Source: Catajapyx aquilonaris | Lineage: Eukaryota | Reading direction: 5' to 3' | DNA length: 20,000 bases | Assembly: GCA_000934665.2 (NCBI GenBank) | Contig: JYFJ02001418.1 | Span: 60,838-80,837, forward strand | Shown: piece after piece, positions 1 to 9,892 of the stretch | Layout of the letters: the number at the start of each line of letters is the position of its first letter | Numbering within the stretch: the stretch's first letter is position 1 | Notes under the pieces: generated by a model | Seen by the model: the letters and a program-made list of their open reading frames with translations, nothing else | Told to the model about the DNA's origin: nothing | Database searches by the model: none | Made by a program: the position numbers and the translations under genes

Positions 1-210
1 GTCCTGATGCATCGATCTGGTCTGTCGCACAAGGTGTTGAACTACGAGCAGCTAATGCACCAACTGAGAGTGTCCGACTTCTTCGTACTGTACCTCCTGG
101 GAAACAACGTGGACACCATAAGCTTCCAGGAAGTTCTGATCTCATTATCAAGCCAGTCCATAAGTAGTGCAAATGAGCACGAGATGAGTCCACTGGCTAA
201 ATCTGATTAA
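1..210 (+). CDS. inx: Innexin-family gene 1, 3' end of last coding exon (5'-truncated by window)
   Basis: Open frame from base 1 (VLMHRSGL...SDFFVLYLLGNNVDTISFQEVL...EMSPLAKSD*, TAA 208-210). It aligns with the C-termini of the two complete innexin paralogs downstream (DDFFVLLLLGKNLDTISFQEVL...EMSPLSKSD; SDFFVFSLLGENMDTISFQEVL...KSD). Family-level symbol only. Confidence 0.85.
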   Translation, partial: VLMHRSGLSHKVLNYEQLMHQLRVSDFFVLYLLGNNVDTISFQEVLISLSSQSISSANEHEMSPLAKSD

Positions 211-1186
211 CTTTTGTGAAGAAAAAAAATGTGCAGCTCATCAACTATGATTTGTTTGTTATTATTAAAATAATTTGATAGAGCCCCCATTTTGTACGCA
301 AAATAATTTTGTGCGTTGGCGTGACCATGCTCCGTATGGTAATGATGTCCATAATTAATTTTGGGCGTGAGACGAAAGATATAAGCGAGGAAGAAGACCA
401 TGAGCTGTGGCGTCATATAAAAAAAAGAAGTATTCAGCAGACTCAGTCACGTAGTTTTTGCCTTGGAAACCGCAGGCCTGGCAACATGTGTATATAGCCT
501 CTGGGGATGTGGGGAGTGGCAGTGAATGTGTCAGTAGGACCTGACCACTCATCCGAACAAGGTAGGCCATTTGGACCAGTCCCAGATGATGAAAGCAGAT
601 AGTCTGACAAAAAGGTATAACGAATTTTATTTTATTAAACTATGCAAAAAAATTAACTTGTACTGAAGCGTTTATGCAGTGTACCACCCTGTGCTTAATT
701 AATAATTAAACTGTCATTCTAGGAAAGTGTGCGGTTATGGTGTGAATATAGCGGAAATGGCGCAATTTCCTGTTATGTTTATCTGAATCGTCGTCTTTGC
801 TAACGTCTCAAGAGTCACATCCCTTTTGTTGTTGAAGGAGCTGACTTTCCAACCCAAGTAAGTGACCCGTTATTACGTTACTTGGTATGTAGGGCTGTGC
901 ACAAAGTGATCAAGATTAAGTTTTTTCAAACCGTCAACACTGCGGTCAACACCATCTGCTGTAGTGTGGTTGGGAAGAACCTTTTTTTCCCCTTCTTTTT
1001 CTAAATAACAAAAAAAAAGGTTCTTTGACCATATTTGGCCTTGAATGTCACGTAAGTTTTGTAAACGAAAGAGTCTTGACGCCAAGAGGGCTGGACCCCT
1101 GGTACACATTTTTCTGAGAGAGTGAGGGGGACCTTCACAACATTCAGAGCCTCTGAGCTGTGAAGACAGCCACATTTTTTAAACAG

Positions 1187-1441
1187 GTAAAGTTGAAGAA
1201 GCGTCTGTTTATATTTTTTTACCCCACATGTTGCTTTTTTTGCGAATTTAATGCGTGACTGGCCTGTAATAATAGGGTCAAGGTTGGATGAGCAGTCGTT
1301 TTCGCAATTGTTTGGTTATTTATAGTACTTTACTTTACACCAACTGTTTAGTAAACTATCAGCACATGCTGCGTACGTAATTATTTTTTTGCTTGCACTG
1401 CAAATGTGTGCAGAATGAGTCATTTGTGCTTCTCATTTCAG
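1187..1441 (+). other. Putative 5'-UTR intron of innexin gene 2
   Basis: Donor CAG|GTAAAG at 1187 and acceptor TCTCATTTCAG| at 1441, 16 nt before the ATG. Paralogs 3 and 4 also have an acceptor just before the ATG. The donor choice is uncertain (alternative CAA|GTAAGT near 858). Confidence 0.45.
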
Positions 1442-1457
1442 ATAGTGACCTGCAACA

Positions 1458-2588
1458 ATGGGTGTTCTGCAGCTTCCAACTGTGCAGCCCAGAAGGCCTG
1501 TTGTGACTGGAAACGTGTTTCAGCTCCATTCGTGTGTGACCACTGCCATATTTTTGGTATGTGCCCTTTTGACCTTCCTGGTCTACATGGTGGTTGACCC
1601 TTCAGTCGAGTGTGTTGGAGGCGAAGGAGGCGGATACACCAGAGAGTTTGCCAACAGCTATTGTTGGGAAGTAGCATCAACCAGAAGCAACAATGCGTAT
1701 GCTCAGGAAGGAGTGTTTGTCCACGCCTATTACCATCTAATACCATTCTTCCTGGTCGTGCATGGTAAGCATTGTCTTGTATACATTAATATTTAATAAA
1801 ATTAATATGTGATATTTCAGGCATACTTTTCTATGTGCCACGTTACCTTTGGGGACTTTTGGAGAGAGGAAGGATCAGCAGTATCGTACCTGCTTTTCAT
1901 CAGGATTCGAACCTGAAGCCTCGTGTCCATCGTTTGACCAAGTACCTGCTGGACTCTAGGTCAAACCATATGTTCTACGCAGCATCGTACGTGGTCTGCG
2001 AGTTCCTCAACTTCGTCAATGCCATAGGAAACTTCTTGCTCATCAACTTCTATCTGGCTGGAACTTTCGTTACACTCGGTGGTAACCTATCTGGAAGTCC
2101 AACGCAACTTGTGTTCACCCACCAGGTATATGTTACATTCTAACTAATTAACTAATTATTGATCGATTCTCTGGTGCACACAGGTGTCCTGCAACATCGA
2201 TAAGATTGCCGAGAGTGGTCACATCGACAGTCACCATTTTCTGTGTCACGTCCGGATATCTTCCTTCTGCGAGATGATGTACCTCTTCCTGTACTGCTGG
2301 CTCGTGGTCCTGATGGTGGCCACTGCCTTGAACCTCCTGTGGTACGGAGCCCTTTGTGTCCTTCGTCCCTTGAGGAAGTACCATCTGATGTGCCGTACAG
2401 GACTGCCCAACACTGTGTTGAACTACGACCAGCTGTCATACGAGCTTGGAATCGACGATTTCTTTGTCCTTCTTTTGTTGGGGAAGAATCTGGACACCAT
2501 CAGCTTCCAGGAGGTGTTGGCCTCCATGACTGATTACTCCAACAATGCGGCTGAACTAGAAATGAGCCCATTGTCGAAATCGGATTGA
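1458..2588 (+). CDS. inx: Innexin-family gene 2 (divergent), 3 coding exons, ~338 aa
   Basis: Exons 1458-1764, 1821-2125, 2184-2588; GT-AG introns 1765-1820 (phase 1) and 2126-2183 (phase 0); 1017 nt in total. Innexin hallmarks: F.LH..T in TM1, EL1 Cys pair (VEC...NSYCW), YYHLIPF (YYQW-like), ILFYVPRYLW..LE.G, CEFLNFVN, EL2 Cys pair (VSC...SG...FLC), 4 hydrophobic segments. Confidence 0.9.
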
Positions 2589-3945
2589 GTTGTACCAATG
2601 TGAGTGATGTGGGAAAAACAGTCATTATCTGTACGATAAAGAGTGAAGGATACGTACTGTTTTATTACGGTTATTAATTGAATGTACTTGGAATAATTTA
2701 AACAGCAGCCAAAATGAGGAAAGAGAATCAATTATCATTGTACTTTAGACACAAATTGCGGTAGTTATTTAACTTGAGCAGAATATCAGAGTAATTTATA
2801 TCCTAAATATTTTTATCTCTAAAACAATGGGACTTAATTATTTCAAAGACAAGCAAAAGAAGGCATTTAAGACATTTGTTTGTTAATTTACAGTGTATGC
2901 CATAGTTGTGGCATGAATGTGAATGATTTGTGTTTAGTTGCGATTTGGTATAGTTGAAGGCCTTACACTGCATAATTATGTACCCAGCATACTGCCAACA
3001 TACTAGAGGACCAAAGTTTATTTGAATAACTATAATATTATTAATTCAGCCTTGACTTATTTGAGGTCTGTTGGACAATAAAATATGCCGGTGTCTCTCT
3101 GAATGTAGGAAATGTCTCAGTACATTGCTAATATATTGTCTATCAGGCATACTTGGATGTGCTTGGGTAATTAGTCAGTGCTCTGAGCCAATTATTACAT
3201 GATCAGTAATTTTTTCAATGTAGGAAAACAGATAATTTTATTCATCAGTGTTTTGCAGTATTTGCAGTACTTGGTGTGTGTATTAATTCGACATTTGTAT
3301 CACCAAATATTTGATACTATGCAAAATATTTATGTGTCGTGACTTATGATATACAGTATAATTGTATATAGAGTACGCTGTGCATGCATGGTATACTGAA
3401 TTATAGTCCAGAAATACATGCATATTTTTTTGTACTCGAGATAAAAAGTGTACTATATTGCATAATAAAGTAGCTTTTTATACCTGTGTGTACGATGTCA
3501 TAAAATTGTGATAATTAGGTTCAACCACTTAATTCCCTTCTATGATGAGTACAAATTATTGGAATGCAGAATTCATTGTTTTTGTTCGAAATTTAGTTAT
3601 GCTTTTTTTTGTAATACAATAATTTGCTCAGTAAATATTTTGTACAAAATTGAACTCATAAGGGAATATCTCCCCATAATAAAGATAAAATCAGAGTTTT
3701 TGAGTATTTACAAGTCCACCTAATGTGTGTATTATTTTCTATTCGACCTATAGGAAGCCTGAATTGTAGGCCTATACAGTACGATATTGTATTATCATAT
3801 AATTATAGCATGTTTTATTATGTATACGTTATCATATAATTATGACTGATGCAACTGCTCTGTTGCATATATGTGTTTACATTTTATCATAAACGTCGGA
3901 AGCCTGCAGCCTCTGATAATGGAGGTGTCGTGCCTTTTTTTGTCA

Positions 3946-4230
3946 GATAAAAGGAAACACATTTCCTCTCCAGATTGTCATTACAGCAACACAGAAGTGA
4001 GCAGACACCATCGAAACACTGTCGTACAACTATAGGTAAGGATGATTATTAAAAATATTTAGATTAATTTTAATTCAACACTGAGCACATGTTGTGTTGC
4101 ACACCATGTACTTACGATGTAAATTTTGCTCAATTCAGCTAGTGTTTGCAACGAGGCTTAATGCAATTGACCACTTATGTCAAATTAGCATTCATAATAT
4201 AGTCATGCTCCACTTGCATTCACTTTACAG
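3946..4230 (+). promoter_or_regulatory. Putative core promoter, non-coding first exon and 5'-UTR intron of innexin gene 3
   Basis: TATA-like GATAAAAG at ~3946, Inr-like TCATTA at ~3978 (~30 nt spacing), donor TAG|GTAAGG at 4036, acceptor CTTTACAG| at 4230, 16 nt before the ATG at 4247. Confidence 0.5.
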
Positions 4231-4246
4231 ATTATAACCAGCAATT

Positions 4247-5504
4247 ATGGTGTCTCTTGGTTTCCTTCGATGGAGACCTGGTGCTGTGGTCATCGGCACC
4301 ATCTTTGGTCTTCATTCCTACGTGACCACATCCATCTTCTTCATCTGCGCCCTTCTGACCTTCCTGACCTACTCAATCGTGGATCCACCCATGAATTGCG
4401 TCAGTGACAATAACATCCCAGAGGATTATTTCAACAGTTACTGCTGGGATTCCTCCAACCTGTCCCCCGTCATCAATAAGGATCGTAATGGACATGGATG
4501 GCCAGGCATACAGGAAAGAGAAGGGTTCAACCTGCAATACTACCACTACATACCCTTCTTTCTTATCATACATGGTAGGCACTGGAAAATATGAGCGCAA
4601 CCGAGTGCGCACCACAGTTCGCGCAGAGTGCAGAGTTGGAATTATCAATGATAGTGGGTGAACTCTCTGGCACTTATTTCCAACGCTACGTTTGGAAGGG
4701 GTTATCTGGAGATGCGCGAGTGTAGATGCGTACTCGGTTGCGCTTGTAAAAAAAAAATACGCATGCGTTCATGTGGAATGTCTACCCCCTTTTCCAGCCA
4801 TACTCTTCTACGTGCCACGTTACATCTGGGGACTTCTTGAACGTGGAAGAATCACCAGCATTGTCGACTCGTTCCGTCAGGACACAAACCCAGACACTAG
4901 AGTACCACGTCTTGCCAAGTACCTTCTGGACTCACGCTCAAACCACTCTCTGTACACCGCCTGCTACATGGTCTGCGAGATCCTGAACTTCTTCAATGTT
5001 ATCGGCAACTTTTTGTTGATCGACCTGTACATGGCTGGTGCTTTTGTCAACATCGGAACCAGCAAGTTGCCTGGAAGTACAAGCCAATCTGCGTTCATAC
5101 ACGACTTGAAGTGTACCGTCGAAAGGCAGGGCCCCAGTGGATCCATTATACGTCACGACACTTTGTGTCACGTTCGAGTCGCGTCTTTCTGCGAGATGAT
5201 GTACCTCTTCTTGCACTGCTGGCTTCTGGTCCTCGTTGTCTTGACCGCTTTGAACATCGTCTGGTACCTGATTATCGGACTGATCCGACCTTTCAGAAAG
5301 TACTACCTGATGGGTCGTACAGGGGTATATGGAAATGTGATTAATTACAACCAGCTGGCTCAAGAGTTTGGGATGAGCGACTTCTTCGTCTTTTCGCTGC
5401 TGGGAGAGAACATGGACACCATCAGCTTCCAGGAGGTGCTGGCTTCCATATCTGACTTCTCAAACACTGTTGGTGAGAAGACACCATTGATCAAATCGGA
5501 TTAG
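4247..5504 (+). CDS. inx: Innexin-family gene 3 (divergent), 2 coding exons, ~344 aa
   Basis: Exons 4247-4574 and 4798-5504; phase-1 GT-AG intron 4575-4797 at the same position (after VH/IH + G) as in genes 2 and 4; 1035 nt in total. Motifs: FGLHSYVT, MNC...FNSYCW, PGI, YYHYIPF, ILFYVPRYIW..LERG, CEILNFFN, LKC...GPSG...DTLC. Confidence 0.92.
4594..4744. mobile_element. Small inverted-repeat (MITE-like) insertion in the innexin 3 intron
   Basis: AGCGCAACCGAGTGCGCA..TCGCGCA (4594-4625) is an imperfect reverse complement of TGCGCGAG..TGCGTACTCGGTTGCGCT (4713-4744); the outer 18 bp match 17/18. The segment is GC-richer than the other introns and accounts for most of the 223 vs 56 nt length difference from the same intron in gene 2. 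Confidence 0.6.
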
Positions 5505-5639
5505 GATATCAGAAGACAGGAAGAAGAATTTTGTTTAAATCAGTAAATCATCACTATTAGACACAATAGGCAACATGTCTGCCGGATTTTAAAAAATAAT
5601 TAAAAGCAGAGAGCAAAATAATCAATTTATTTCTCCCCT

Positions 5640-5645
5640 AATAAA
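5640..5645 (+). terminator. Candidate polyadenylation signal of innexin gene 3
   Basis: AATAAA ~135 nt after the TAG stop, in an AT-rich context, so not diagnostic. Confidence 0.35.
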
Positions 5646-6568
5646 TAACATGATGCCATATTTTTCCAATGTAAAGATGCGCTGAGAATTTCATAAACTT
5701 GCGGTGTGGGATAGTGGTACATTTTTCTTTAATGTGTCGTAAGATACAGCACCAAATATTTAGAATAATTGAGCTACAATATATTGCTAAGCCATTTGAG
5801 CAATATCAGGTGATTCACTGGGTGAGTAAATTCATTGTTTATCTGTTTACAATTCTGTAATATTATTATACATGTATCCGTTACAAAGGAAGAGCTGAAA
5901 ATCAGAACGGGATCAAGTTACATTTTGGACAAAATATGATTCTCGTACTCTGTAAAAATAATCTGTCAGTGACATTTGAGCGTAACATATAAATTTACTC
6001 GTTACCATATTTCATTCATTATATTATAATGCCTATAAGTACATTTCGTTTTCAGATACCGTGTTTTAGAGAACAATAAGTGAAGGTAAATGATATAAAA
6101 GTGTGGTTTCATTATTGATAAAACAATCGTTCAATAATATTATAAGTTCTCACGCTGCATTTTAAATGTTGAATTCTGTGTGATTACGATCGTTCTCCAT
6201 AAGTTATCAGGTATTCAAACAACATTTGATATTATAATAACAAGTCAACTAGATTAATGTGGACTGATAAGACGGGTGATTTTCACTCCTTTTGCCCCAA
6301 ACGTGATAAAAATAGCTGCGTGGACATTTTAGTCATGCAAAAATCCGGTTGCCTCAAATTAAACAATATGCACACCAGGTTCTCTGCGCCATGGAAATAT
6401 GAATTGCGATTTCTATACAAAACTCTGCTGAGTTCAGGCATACTGTATTAATCTTTCGTACTCAGTAAAGAGGGAACTAACACCGTCATTAAAAATAATT
6501 CAAGGCCTCTGACTATAGGAAACAAGATGTTACCGGTGTATTTTTACAGGCACAATTATTTGTTTCTA

Positions 6569-9358
6569 TTAAAATATCTTCTTGGTAGGTCCTCTGAAAC
6601 CGGCTGTGCGCATGATGGGTCTCACGATGAAAAAGAAAACCAGTTCAGCCGCACTGATGAAGCTGAATCCAATGAAGAGGCCAACTACTCCTCCGAAAGC
6701 AGCTGAAACATTAGCTCTCAATTAAATCATAATGGAAAAAATAAACATTTACAGCATTTTGTACGTGCCTATCAGGTCATCCCAGGTGTACATGAGTTCT
6801 TGACGATATTGAACAAAACTGAGCTCCTTGAAGTACACTCGAAGTAAAACTAGGGACGATCTAGTTGGACAAACAATATTATATAGAGCTTAGCTTAGCA
6901 GGGATTAGGCCAATTAACAAAGAGTGTAATTACATGTTCACATCTGAATTGGGCGGTAAAACCACGTCTTGCTTGAATAATGGATATTTGACTTGTGTCA
7001 CCTCCGGAATGAAATTGGTTTCTTCGCAGCTGGTAGGACATATGCAACCCTTCATGGCCTCTATCTCATCATTCAGCGGAGTCTTGGGCAAATCCAGTGG
7101 TTTAACCGACGAAAATTTTCCTAAAAACAATGTAATTGAAAGGTTGTATTATATCTTTGAAAAAATTATTATACTCACGGCTGTGTTGGTTGATGCACAT
7201 CATTTGGTCGTAATCGCATATTTCGGCATCACCTGAAAAGTAAAACCTTTAGTACGTGCAGAAATATTGCATGGTTCGCGTCACGTGCCTTGAAATGAGT
7301 AAATGTAAGGAGTGCAATTGCAGGTCTTGGCCATTGCTCCGACCTTGCACTCCAGGAAGCAGTTTGGGTAGCTGTATGTCTTGTAGAATCCCATTTCTCT
7401 TTCCTTTGAAAAATAGCATTTCCTCTGCGCGAGGTCGAGATCAAGTATGTCTTCTCCGCTGCGAGTGTTTGTCGCAGTAACTGCTGCAAATACCTCTTTT
7501 CCAGCACTGACTGCGAAACCTTCTGTGGCCACGTTGGGGAAATCTTCCGGATCGTGAATCAGCACCTGCCGAAAAATGATATGATATTATATTATCATGT
7601 GCGAATTGACTAAACTGATTTTTACCTTGAATCCGAGGAAGTTGTTGCTGTTTGCGAAGTATTCCTTTTCGTCCGGATCCAACAGAACGGTCAGTCCCAT
7701 GTTTGGTCCACATCCATAAACTCTCTTTGATTCGAATTCTTCTTCTTCAATGATTGCTGTCGGCTTCTTATCAGATTTGGATTGTTTAGAGGTTTCCATA
7801 TCCGATTCTGGCATTGGGGCCTCCTCTTCCCCACCTTGTTGCTCGTCGTAAAAATCTTCAAATCCCCTGAAATTCAGTTCATATTTTATACTTCTGCGGA
7901 CCAGCAGCATCAAGTAGTGTGGTCAAAAGTCTGGCAAGTAGGACGACTCCTTAATATCATGCCAAACAATGGTAGATCCGATGACTGAAGACTTAGACCT
8001 ACTCTGGCTTAACAGCTCTCATAGGTTCAGAGTTGAATCCCCAGCAGTATCCATCGTCTGTTCTTCTCAGTTTGAACAACTCTGAGCAGTTCCTTTCCTC
8101 TCCAATCCACCAGCACTTCAGTGCCATCGCTTCCAGTGGCTGCATCACCTGCTAGCATACAAGGACATTGTTAACTCTATAAAACGACAATAATATTATG
8201 AAGATTGCATTATTTTACACTCTGCATCAATTTGTCTGTGAAGTCCTCCTGATCATTGAAAGCATCCTTTATCGTCTTGTTCTCCACCTTCTCTTCTCCT
8301 CCGACTTGTCCCATAAGAGAAAGAATGTCCACTATTTCCTTCACCACATACAACGAGTAGTTGCTCCACCTGCAAAGGTCCCAACAATTATTTCCCTGGC
8401 GTGTCTTTTAAAAGGCAGATCATATTTTTTTCTCACGGAGTTTTGTTGGCTTCTTTCTCTACCAGTGATAAATACGCCTTGTTGACATTGCATATTGTCA
8501 CCCCTGGAAAGGGAATGTTCCAGATGGGCTCGGAGGTTGACTCGACAGTGGTTAGGATTGGAGTCTCTGAATACTTTATGAAGAATGGCATCAGGAAAAG
8601 GATGGCCCCGATCAGACTCAGGATGAAGCTGCACAGCCAGAATATTCTGAAAAGACATTTTGCGCTATGGATTTTTGTCTGAAGGACTGCGGAACTGTGA
8701 TTTCGCGAATCGTAAACCGATGCGGATTATGAAGTGTGTACGACAGGAACAAACTCTTGGAATCTCTGATAATGATGTAATCATCATTAGGTCAATCTAG
8801 GGCAGCAAGACATTCCCATAGTCACGCGATTAAGTAATTACCGCCTATACAGACCCATATCGTTTCTTGGACATAATATGTCGTAATACGAGATTCTTCC
8901 CGAAACAAACGAGCCCAATTAAAAATTCATTTGAAAAATCCGTCATGAAAACTTTACAACAACTATATTCCCAGGACCAAGATTGAAGAGGATAGAAATA
9001 TTTGACTGAAATACTCTCACAAATACTTTGTCTTCATGAACTATGAACTTGGACCTTACATACCATCACAAAAAAATAATGATGTTTTACTTTACCTTTC
9101 AACCTTGTACATAGATTCGTCATGTACGAACTGTAGTCCATGCAAAGATGATCCAGAGCAATAATCCTTAACGCATTCCTTGGCTATAGACGCCTTGCTT
9201 TGTCTCTCCTGCTCGATGAGACTAGTCAGTGAAGGATTGTTGGTTATGCCCAGCTCTCTTTCCCAGTTGTACACTGGTTGCACGGTTGTTCGTCTCGTGG
9301 AAGCCCAACTAAATGGGTTTCTACTTGGGTTTCTAGGCCTCCAATTTGTGTAATCCAT
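6569..9358 (-). CDS. ppk: DEG/ENaC (pickpocket-like, amiloride-sensitive Na+ channel family) subunit, copy A, 10 coding exons, ~584 aa
   Basis: Exons (- strand) 9358-9096, 8646-8437, 8369-8219, 8148-8003, 7866-7626, 7565-7289, 7232-7179, 7120-6934, 6860-6769, 6702-6569; 1755 nt, all phases consistent. Motifs: pre-TM1 SSLHGL, TM1 RIFWLCSF..., FPGVTICN, GYCWGFN, GLTVLLD, GFKVLIHDP, Cys-rich thumb (YSYPNCFLEC...CNC...C...C...CICPTSC), TM2 AAFGGVVGLFIGFSFIS with a GxS filter. Introns 6 and 9 need GC donors. Confidence 0.92.
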
Positions 9359-9892
9359 CAGAGTTGTCACGACTCATCCATCATGTGAAACTCTGGCTTG
9401 ATCACTAACAGCCTACGTGACTTGTGAGTAAACACTGTGTGAATCTCAACAGATCAGGAGAAAATGTGCAGTGTACTTTTTTTCGTGCTTACGATGGATA
9501 ATATGAGAGATTTATTGGCAACCGTTTTTCCCCGGCCGGTGCCAATGACTACTATCCAAATGTTATGGGCTGGCTGGGTCCTGTGGGAATGCAACATTGT
9601 GATAGCAACCTGTCCAAAATATCCATGTGGATCATGGACGTTTTGTTTTGTTTGGACACGCGAATAAGATTTCACGATTTGTGTCCAGGATTCAGGCCAT
9701 GACAATACAGCCAAACCTTTTAAAAACATATCTGCTTTGAAGGCTATAAAAATAATGAATAATTTATATCATTGCCTTTTGCTCAATAATTCTAAATAAA
9801 ATTCTCAGCATAAAAGCGGAATTTTTGTACACACTTTGTACAAAAAGTTGCACAATTTTTTGCAACTAAAAGAATGAAGCTGATCAAAATAA

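Noticed and set aside
260..1180. Possible transposon remnant or small ORFs between innexin genes 1 and 2
   Set aside because: The region is somewhat GC-richer, but I found no terminal repeats, second copy or recognisable protein motif.
3792..3868. Direct repeat TTATCATATAATTAT x2 and a small ATGCAAC/GTTGCAT hairpin
   Set aside because: Short, low-complexity and AT-rich, so expected by chance or slippage.
4692..4797. N-terminal part of the 270-aa ORF 4692-5504
   Set aside because: It is intron/inverted-repeat sequence that happens to be open. Innexin homology starts at the acceptor 4797/4798, matching gene 2.
2148..5363. Minus-strand and alternative-frame ORFs over innexin exons (2148-2384, 2152-2439, 4938-5363 etc.)
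   Set aside because: They overlap well-supported innexin exons and show no independent motifs.
1458..5504. Polydnavirus vinnexin or other viral origin of the divergent innexins
   Set aside because: The genes have shared spliceosomal introns and host-type promoters, their neighbours are cellular ppk genes, and no viral genes are visible. Only a phylogeny could fully exclude it.
9374..9376. Conserved in-frame TGA upstream of the ppk start read as selenocysteine or readthrough
   Set aside because: B and C have additional in-frame stops, A lacks the upstream ATG, and I could not identify a SECIS-like element.
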